In this document: positions 54,801 through 64,000 of the stretch, piece by piece
Position numbering within the stretch: the stretch's first letter is position 1
Layout: each line of letters opens with the position of its first letter
Position numbers and translations under genes: made by a program
The notes under the pieces: generated by a model
Database searches by the model: none
Told to the model about the DNA's origin: nothing
What the model saw: the letters and a program-made list of their open reading frames with translations, nothing else
From: Tubiluchus corallicola
Taxonomy: Eukaryota > Animalia > Priapulida
Assembly (NCBI GenBank): GCA_030141605.1
Contig: JAQGDQ010000014.1
Location: 1,373,319 to 1,437,318 of the forward strand
Length of the DNA: 64,000 nucleotides
Reading direction: 5' to 3'

Positions 54801-56392
54801 CTAGAAATGACATGTAGGGTACAGTCCAATAATATTATTTGCAGTATCAAAATAAGTCACTAACTAATAAGACGTTTTTGACTGTCTGCTTCTGTGATTA
54901 AGTGATCAAAATTCTGCTTCTGACAGGAGATGCTTTAAGTGGCAGTTTTTGTTGCGTATTTATAAATAAATAATGCTTTTCAAAATAGTTAACTATATGT
55001 GAGTACATTTGGTTGAGCTTTTTCAGTGAAATGTGAACTTTTTGATCACATTTTGATCGGCGACCCGTGGGTCAAGGCCCAATCAACGTGGGTGTGACTC
55101 ACACATTTTATGTACTTCAACCGACTATTGCTCGACACTGGATGAATTTGTATCCCTGACCCACAATTTCAGTTTTTGCCCCCTAGCGGGATCAGTGGTT
55201 GGCCAATCTAGATTTAAGTAATTTAATAAAAATAATAAAAACCGTGGATAAATGAAGAAGATTCTGCTGTAGGCATGCTAGCAGAAACATTATTTAACAG
55301 ACGCTTTACTCCACACAGAGCATTCCCAACGTAAATGACAATAAGCATCTTGTTAATAAATGGTTACAACATTTTATACAGTAAACATACAATACTGTTT
55401 TAGCCTGCCCGTATTGTAAACGCAACCACAAAATTGGGAAACGCCAATTGGAAAATAAAGATTTTTTGTCTCATTGTAAATTCAGCGGATTCATGATATA
55501 GTGTATAATGTTGCGTTACTGTGCAATTTTGAAAAACCTCTTGCATGCATAAAATTTTCGTTACAAAATATTTCAGTTTGCGGCTATTGCATAAGGCACT
55601 ATAAGCGCTACGTGTCTGGCTGCCTAGTGATCCCTGTAAATCTTTTCAAAGTTTTATGGGTTTATTTGTTGTCTGGTATGAAATGCTAATAAATACCAGT
55701 ACTAATACACAAAGCATTAACAACATAACACATAGGGCTATTAATCGAGCAAGTAATAAGATTACAAAAAGAAACTGCATTGACCTGCATGGTACACGGT
55801 GGTTAGCGAAGACAAAAATATTATTAATAATTACGATAATTATAATAGGCTTCAATGTAGAACCTCGTATTTGATCATAGAGCGAATATTCGAGTAAAAA
55901 TCGTCATTAAAACAAACTGGCGATAATAGTAAACCGCTTGTTATTATTTTGACTACCCCTAAATGCGAAATTTACTTGACTCAAGCCTACGCCTATGCAC
56001 GTGTAGTGAACTGCAGGATGGTTTCATAAAGAATGCATGTGTGTTTAACTATATAGGGCTTAACTATCAGCTAGGTCTTCAACAATTCTCTTTTAAATGT
56101 TATTTAAATGGTGCTCATGGTTGTTATTGAGTAAGTTCTGAGGCAGTGAAATGAGAAATGCTCTACTAAAAATCAGGTTAAATTCCCATAATTTGCACTG
56201 TCTCGAACTTGATAACTAACATGGCCTTATTCTCAGGGCAGCGAGTCGTATTATCGTCTAACACATTAGTTGCCTGGTAAACTGGTTGCTCTTCGGTAAC
56301 GAGTGAACACGCAACCGTCTTATAATAATAATAATTTACTGAATAAGTCTTGGTGGCATTCTTCACGAAAATGGAACACTTGTTTTCTATAA

Positions 56393-56927
56393 CACATTTC
56401 GCACAGACGCCTCATGAGGAACTTTCCTCGCGGAATTCACACTAAAATGTAACTACTAAATTGTTTCTTTGCTGTTTAACGAACACAATGAACATAATTC
56501 AGCATAAGAGTGTAAATGGGCCTTTTTAATCTCTCTTTAATCATACAAACGATTTTTTGTTTTATTATTGCAACAGTGTTGGTTATGTTTGTGAAAAATA
56601 AAAATAAAGCACGCATATATTTATTATATATGTGTGTGAGTGTGTGTGTGTGTGTGCGCGTGCGTGCGTGCGTGTGTGTATGAGGGTGTGTGTGTGTGCG
56701 TGCATGTGCATAAATATGGTTAATATGGTTATAAATATTCTTATTTTTTGTGCCACTAAAAAACTGAAGATTGTACTGCAATTTCGAAATAAATAGTAGT
56801 AAAAATAATAATAATAATAATAAATACATGCGTGTCTTAGAAGATAATGACTCGCTTCCCCGAGAAAAAGTCATGCTACTATATTTGTGAAAAAGAAAAT
56901 TAAAGCACGCATATATTTATTATTATT

Positions 56928-56969
<42 letters not shown>

Positions 56970-56976
56970 AATAATA

Positions 56977-57017
<41 letters not shown>

Positions 57018-57288
57018 CGCATATATATATATATATATATACGAATCTCACATTTTCACATTGCTAAAAACGGTCTAACGTTATTAAAATGTACTTTGTA
57101 TATGACAAACCTGCAACTCGCAGAGAAGCTGGAGTTACCTGGACGCACGTAAAAAACGGCGTGGATTTAGTGTGAAATGAACTTTCTTGTTGCCTAAATT
57201 TTAGCGAAAAAAAATGAAAATTTTCTGATTCACGATATATCACCTATTCCATGCGTCACTTTCATGCGTCCTTACTGTGAAATGAGCC
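56393..57288 (-). mobile_element. MITE family A copy 3, invaded by (GT)n/(AT)n repeats
   Basis: Right end ACTGTGAAATGAGCC followed by TTA; internal blocks match 50830-51475; ~45-bp direct duplication at ~56588 and ~56884. Confidence 0.6.
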
Positions 57289-57573
57289 TTATCCCATGTT
57301 TATATTTTCTGGACACTCAGCATTGAATTGAGTTAACATAGCGGCTTGTGACTTGCATAGTGCAATGTTATCCCCGGAGATCCTTATCAAGGAGAGTCTG
57401 CAGCAACAGCATAAAGGATTCGCTTTCGTATAAGGCAATTTGGTAAACGTTTATTTACAACGTAAATTCTAGACTGTATATATCTATCACTGTATCATGT
57501 ACTAGTTTGTATTACTAAAATGTAGCTAGCCCGTTTACCGTTGTTATATAGTAGGGAATTGTATACTTTACTA

Positions 57574-57743
57574 ATATAATATAATATAATATAATGTAAT
57601 GTAATGTAATGTAATGTAATGCAATGCAATGCAATGCAATGCAATGCAATACAATACAATACAATACAATACAATACAATACAATACAATACAATACAAT
57701 ACAATACAATACAATACAATACAATACAATACAATACAATATA
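57574..57743. repeat. Compound pentanucleotide microsatellite ATAAT/GTAAT/GCAAT/ACAAT
   Basis: Direct reading of the sequence. Confidence 0.97.
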
Positions 57744-58927
57744 AATCACGTCATGTGCATATTTTAATTTCTTGTTCTTGGTTTTCTTCAAGTAAACATT
57801 ACAACAATGTAGAAAGCACCAGCAGAAACACATTGGCATACAAATTTTTAGGTCCGAAAACAAAGTTTAGCGTTTTGAATTTGGGTCAGAATTTAAGCAC
57901 TAGTCTAGATCTCCCGCATTTGCGATCAAATACCCAATAAAAATGAACCATTGTTTTCACTACTGATTATCTGATTTATTGTAGGTGATACCAAAGCAGA
58001 AAGCAGACATAACTTGTTGAATTCCACTACACGAACGTCAGAAAAGGAAAAGAGGCCGAAACCTGAATCCCAAATTGATATGGTTGTGTGAAGTGTGGAT
58101 AAAATATCTGGCTTTAACGAGTCTGGGGTTGTTTTTATCTCAATCTTCGCTTGACGATGATACAAAATCGAAACTTTTGTAGCTATAAGATCACTGAATT
58201 CTTCATTAAGTAAACTGAGACTTTTATTAAAATGTCGGAACACTTAGAAGAGTTTCTCTGCGTATCATAGGCCTATATTATATTGCATAAATGTTATTAA
58301 AATTTACATTTTACGAAATACTGACAAGTAAAAATATAATTGGCTGACAGTGGATGCTGCCAACTAGATGAAACTACGTCGTCCTTGCAAGTTTTTCTTT
58401 TTTAGTATAAAACAATAAGAGCAGAGAAATAGATCAACAATAAAGGCTGTGAAAAAGAAAGCAAGGCACATTGTTTACCTACTAACATCACGAAGAATTA
58501 TAGTCATTTAATAATAATGAGTACACGAAACTTATCATTATTAAAAATACAAATTTAGCATTAGAGGCAGATAAATTATTGCAGCTACTAACTTAAGATT
58601 TCTTAAGGGTAAAATGATGAGCGTGCTATTGGTGACAGGTATGTAACAGTAGCTAATAAAACATTTAGGAGTCACAATGGCTTGCCTTCTACATCTTTTC
58701 TTTTTCTTTATTGTGGAAATTTTGTTAACACGGCATTGCACGGTAAAGTAGTGTTGACCAGACAGTCGCAATGCGTTATGCGTTAAAAATCACTTTATAT
58801 TGTTTTTCTAACATGCATTACTACCTTATTTTTTCTTCAGCTAGTCTATTCTTATTAAATATTTTGTAGGTAGCTTGATATGCACTAACGCATTCCGGAT
58901 GTCTGGTAGACGCCGATTAAGGCTTAC

Positions 58928-59048
58928 CTGAACCGGATGTGTCAAACTCACAATCATCTTCGTCATCACTTGCGCAAGGTCCATCACCTGAAAGAATGAT
59001 TTCGTCTCGTCCTTCCCATAGATCCAGCTTACCAGTTGCAGTTGTTGC
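58928..59048 (-). CDS. NRXN: Neurexin Cys-loop exon, 121 nt
   Basis: tttgttag|ATTATGKLDLWEGRDEIILSGDGPCASDDEDDCEFDTSGS G|gtaagc; matches the neurexin C-x-SDDED-x-C loop followed by SG. Upstream exons lie beyond the window end. Confidence 0.88.
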
Positions 59049-59276
59049 CTAACAAATATTAGCCAAGTATTACCGACTACTTAGAGAATTCAGTTTAAAT
59101 TGTTCGCTTTAACATATCAAAAATAATGTACCTAGTTACTTATCAGACATGTTTGAACTTGTAATATCAACTTACTCTTTAAGATAATTAACAACGTGAA
59201 CACGATGATTTCTAGGACTCGCTGCAAGAGATTTGGTGATAGAGCACTTACTATTACAGTGAGGTCAAATAGTGAA

Positions 59277-59308
<32 letters not shown>

Positions 59309-59528
59309 AATATATATATATATAATAATTTTGCCATTAAAAACATTGATAATCACTGATAAAAACTTTACAGAGATAATCAATCAGTGTTAGTTAATAA
59401 AAACTTACACTGCTGAAGGCAAATGCGTCAGTGCAATCTAAACTACTGTGCAATAATGGAAAGTAACGACGAATGAAATCAAACATATTTACAACTATGC
59501 ACAAAAAAATGAAAAAACTATGATTTAA

Positions 59529-61473
59529 TTAATATGGCCGTGGATATATGAATTCTGAATTAGTGTGTATGTTGTCGTACTGGTGTGATGGTATTTCATA
59601 TCTGGTTAATATTAATGATTTTAATTTTGTTTTAAATGCTGATGGGGACTTGATTTGTTTAACCTGTAATGGTAGAGTAGAATTCCAAAGTAGAATTGCT
59701 TGTTTGATTACAGAGTTCGTTCCATAGTGGGTATTTGTCCTAATTTGTTTTAGATTGCTTGTTCTGGAATTAACGATAGCATTTGGAAAAAAGGTAAATC
59801 TGTTATTCTGGAATGGTTTGCTGATGTTGTTAATGTATTTAAATATAAAAAGCAGAGTAAAATATTCCTTGTGTGCTTCAATGATTGGGAATTTTAAAGT
59901 TTTTCTCATGTTAGTTGTTGAAGCTTTGAATTTTGTCTACCTGCCTTATGTTTGTATGAGGACCCAGCTATCAATCTCAACGCATAGTTTTGAAGGAGAT
60001 TTAATTTTAAGTAATTTTCTCTTTTGGTTTTTTGAAGTAGCGTACATCCATATAAGAAGTGTGGTAGAACTAAAGTTTTATATATATTAGTGTTTTAGTT
60101 TCCTTTGTTAGTTGCCCTTTAACTTGTCGGAGATATGCCACTTTTGTGTATATGTTATTAAAGTGTTCATCCCATGAAAGATTATTGTCTACCTGGATGC
60201 CCAGGAATTTAACATTATTAGTTTGTTTGATTACAGCATTATCTATTGTCAAAGTGGTTGATGATGCATCATTAGTATTTAATGAAGGTGACAGTATCAT
60301 GAATTTTGTTTTGTCATTATTCATTTTTAGCTTGTAATGACTAAATGCCATATTTATATTTTTTATATCTTCTTCTAAATAATTTTTTGCAGTTTGGATA
60401 TTTTCATGGGCTATGTAGATTGTAGTGTCATCAGCGTATTGCGTTATTTGTGAGTGTTGTAATACACTGGATATGTTGTTTATATATAGGCAAAATAATA
60501 ACGGACCTAGTAGTGTTCCTTGTGGTATACCTCTGTTTAACGTGGCCCAGTCAGAAAAGTTGGATGTATCTAACTTTACTCGTTGTTGTCTATCTTTGAG
60601 ATACTTTTGTATCATTTTTAACGATATCGAATCTAATCCGATTTGTTTTAAATTATCGTAAAGTAGTTCGTGATTAATGCTATCGAATGCTTTACTTAAA
60701 TCTAAAAATGCCGCTAAAATGAATTGCTTGTTGTCTAAACTATGTCTCCAATTTTCTGTTGTGTGTATTAGGGCGTCAATGGTTGAATGGTGTTTACGGA
60801 AGCCAAACTGATGTTTTGATAAAAGTTCATGTTTATTTACATATGAATTTATCTGATCATAAATAATCCTTTCCCAAACTTTGCCGAAACAATGGATTAC
60901 GGAAATTGGGCGATAATTCATGGGATCACATTTTGGATCTTTTTTATGGATTGGAGTCACGTTTGCCATTTTACATACCGTTGGAAATTAGCCTCACATA
61001 ATTATCTGATTAGCAATGTAAGTCATATGCTTATATGACTAATGGCCATATATGGCCAAAGCCATATATATCTTTGGGGCTATTACAGATGCACTATCTT
61101 TTAGAATTTTGATAGAAATATCTGATGGTTCACTCCCTTTGTTGGAACTTAGGTTATTTAATATGTCGTTAATTTCTCCTACTGTGACACTTTTGAATGA
61201 GAATACTGTGTTAGACGATTTGTTTTTTAATTTATTAATTATATTATTGCTAATATGAGAAGCCTCTCCCTTAAAATTTCCAAGATTCAGGAATATTGCA
61301 TTTAGCGCATTGGCAATATCTTTGGGTTTTGTAATAACAGTGTTGTTGGTTTTAGTTTCGTCAATATGCGTTAGTTTGTTACGGCAACTATTTATTACAT
61401 TGTTACTAATTTCCCATTTTTCTTTAGTATTTGTTGCGTTTTTACATTGTTGTTGTATATATTTATTTTTCAA
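59529..61473 (-). pseudogene. LINE ORF2 linker, reverse transcriptase (60070-60969) and C-terminus
   Basis: NYRPISV, QFGFRK, FLDLSKAFD, GIPQGTLLGPLLF, YADD, KFLG, LWNSTLP; broken by frameshifts and stops. Confidence 0.93.
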
Positions 61474-61489
61474 GCATTTAGTAAGATTA

Positions 61490-62518
61490 CTAAATTGATT
61501 TCTCTTTTTTTTTATAATTGTTATGATTGTTTTTAGTTTTGTTCTTTTCCCATATATTATACATTCTGTTTTTCGCTATTCTTAGTTTGTCAAGTTCAGG
61601 TGTTGTCCAGGTACTTTCGTTATTGAGTTTGCTTTGTTGTGGGATTTGTTTTACGTTTTTATATGGTGCATGTACATTAAGGCAATATTCGACATTATTA
61701 ATCAGAATATTAACTTGTGTATCTATTTTATCAGTCATATATATGGAGGTCCAGTTCATTTTTGATAAGTCGATTAAGTATGAATGTTTGTTGTATTGGG
61801 CGTAGTCTCTCATTAAATGCCAGCCTGAATTTTGGTTATTGTTATGCTGTGGGGTCATTTTATCTACTAATATTGTGAAATGATGATCTGAATAATCACA
61901 CGGGAAAGTATCATATGCTACGAAATTATTGTTACTATTCGAAATGAAATGGTCGATTACTGTGGCTGATGTTTTAGAAATTCGAGTAGGTTTATTGTTG
62001 TTAAGTATGTGGACATTATCTTGTTTTAAGAGCTCTGTGTATGTTTTGTATGCCAGTGTGTTTGTAGCTAAAATATCAAGGTTGAAATCGGCCATTATAA
62101 GAACTTTTTTATTTTCGAAAACACTGCGTTCTAGTTCTTCACTAAAGTATTTGAAAAATGTTTTGTGTTTGAGATTGGGTGGTCTATATATGTTTCCTAT
62201 TACATAGTTCTCAATGCTGCACCAAACAGATTCAATCTTACCGGTTCTGATGCCTTTCATTTCTTGTGGTCTCAGGTGTGAAGGTATATACATCGCAACC
62301 CCTCCACCTTTCTTATTTTTACATATATCTCTTCTTATTAATGTGTGATTAGGTAATTCTATAGTGTTGCTAAGTATTTGTTTATGTAGCCAAGTTTCTG
62401 TTATGCCTACAATAAGATTTTCGGTGGCGTGAATTGTATCTTTGAGCAGCCAGTGTTTTTTGACGAGACTTTGAATATTTATATTTAGAAATTTGATGTT
62501 CTTTTTATAAGTAATCAT
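61490..62518 (-). pseudogene. LINE ORF2 APE endonuclease domain
   Basis: NIQSL, GITETWL, KGGGVAMYI, IYRPP, MADFN, PTR..ATVIDHF, YSDH. Confidence 0.93.
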
Positions 62519-62566
62519 GAATTTTTTAGCTCATCACTGGTATTATTATTGTTGGTGTTATTATTA

Positions 62567-62661
<95 letters not shown>

Positions 62662-62670
62662 TGGCAAAAT

Positions 62671-62740
62671 GGGTCCAGGGTTAGTTTCGATACCACCAAG
62701 TATAAGTAGTAAACGAATTATGGTTAAAATGTAAGCCAGT
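62671..62740 (-). other. 2A-like (StopGo) peptide ELAYILTIIRLLLILGGIETNPGP
   Basis: Leu-rich helix plus (V/I)ExNPGP immediately upstream of the APE domain; G replaces the canonical D. Confidence 0.75.
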
Positions 62741-63646
62741 TCAGAACATGAGTATAGAGTGCTTTCAAATTTAGATGAAATCTGTAATTTTTCCAATTTT
62801 TTTAGTGCTACGTATTTTAGATTGACATGACGCATTTGTCTTATAGCACCGAGGTACACAACTTTTAAGATGGATACAAATCTTTTTAAAATAAATTGCA
62901 TAGAGTGTCTTATTCTATCGCTATTTACAGGAAAAGCAATGAAAAAGTTGTTTAAATTACCTTTAGACATGACATTACAAATTACTTTAGATCATTTTCA
63001 GTTTTAGTATGGATAGTAATGCACGTAGTATAACTAAGACGTAAGCATAGTTACAATAAAAGAACTTAACTGTTTGGTGTTTGGCGTTAAATATGCAAAG
63101 GCTGCCATAATCACAAATAAATTTAGTAATTTTATGATAAGATACGTTAGAAATATCAACTATGATACAAGAAGTAAATTCGTATGGTTTCCAAAATGTG
63201 CCTATTAATACAAATAAAATAACTTTAACTTGCAGTTTTTTGCAGTAATACAGCAGCATAGAATCAGGTTTACACAGTAAAACGTTACACATGCGCGGTA
63301 AATTAATTTTAGAACGATCATAAGGATACTAATATCAGCTGTGAGTAAAAGGGCTTGTATAGAATACAATACTATAAGAAGTAAATATTTCCTATTATGT
63401 AATAACGTGGGTAAGATAATTGTTATTATAATACTAGTATACACAATTGTTACGTTATAATCTTTACACGAGTTAGGAAGGATTGGCCTATTTTGCCATT
63501 TTATGTAAAAATTCACTAGCAGCAGTGCTAAAAATTTTCTGTTATTCAGTGTCATCATTAAAATCATAATAGCATAGTAAAAAAAGAGTTTTATAACAGG
63601 TTTACGCAGACTAGGTTTAAAGTTCAGAGTATTGTCTAAAAACAAG

Positions 63647-64000
63647 CTAAACGATACTAGGCCTGAACTTGGAGATAAGCTCTTTAAAGGCTTTGGTTAG
63701 TATGTTTTCAATCTCGGATTTTAGAGCTGGTTCCTGAGTTAACAGCAGCGGTTCAGTTTGGCTTGGCAGTGTTGTAGAACATTTATTAGGATAATGAGCT
63801 TTAGCCGATTCTGCATAGTACAAACTGCTTCGTTCAGATGGCTCTCTCCGGTTCGAAACGGAGTAGGTTCGCTGTGGGTCGTTAATTACTGGCGTTGGGA
63901 GAAGACCAGGTTTCTTAACTGTGTCTGAATAGCTGGTATTGTGAGATGAACCAATACAAAAACTAAACGAGTTATTTAGGCGCGAAATTGCAGAATTGTG
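63647..64000 (-). CDS. Probable C-terminus of LINE ORF1 (open from the window edge)
   Basis: Stop-free frame ...SYSDTVKKPGLLPTP...LKSEIENILTKAFKELISKFRPSIV*, translated by hand; not in the ORF track. Confidence 0.55.
   Translation of the reverse strand, partial: HNSAISRLNNSFSFCIGSSHNTSYSDTVKKPGLLPTPVINDPQRTYSVSNRREPSERSSLYYAESAKAHYPNKCSTTLPSQTEPLLLTQEPALKSEIENILTKAFKELISKFRPSIV

Larger units (their letters stand above)
59330..64000 (-). mobile_element. Long CR1/L2-type LINE (ORF1 end, 2A-like leader, APE, RT, 3' UTR) in a neurexin intron, frameshifted
   Basis: Colinear APE, linker, RT and C-terminal ORFs; conserved 3' tail; AT-repeat at the 3' end; the 5' end runs off the window. Confidence 0.92.

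Noticed and set aside
57495-57940. YCIVL / QYNTI repeat proteins
   Set aside because: Translations of a pentanucleotide microsatellite.
59755-62734. Plus-strand ORFs over the LINE
   Set aside because: Antisense to LINE ORF2 or to the ATT repeat; no independent support.

Overview
AT-rich, intron- and repeat-rich animal genomic DNA, most likely a protostome invertebrate (the neurexin ends in ...KDVKEWYV). It is not prokaryotic and has no CRISPR array. Three spliced host genes lie on the minus strand; I reconstructed them by hand from GT-AG boundaries. (1) The 5' part of a CELF/Bruno RNA-binding protein gene: two RRM1 exons at 12377-12559 and 4115-4197, plus several candidate alternative first exons. 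(2) A complete 5-exon thioredoxin (WCGPC) with an unusual microsatellite-encoded acidic C-terminal tail, 22511-30408. (3) The last three exons of a neurexin, 50164-59048. The rest is mostly mobile DNA: a long CR1/L2-type LINE carrying a 2A-like (GGIETNPGP) peptide preceded by tiled hydrophobic ORFs, many LINE fragments, a 1004-bp solo LTR with a perfect 5-bp target-site duplication (TSD), Harbinger-type MITEs, a BEL/Pao remnant, a tRNA-derived SINE head, a degenerate U6 copy, a 149-bp triplication and long microsatellites. All calls are manual; no database searches were run.
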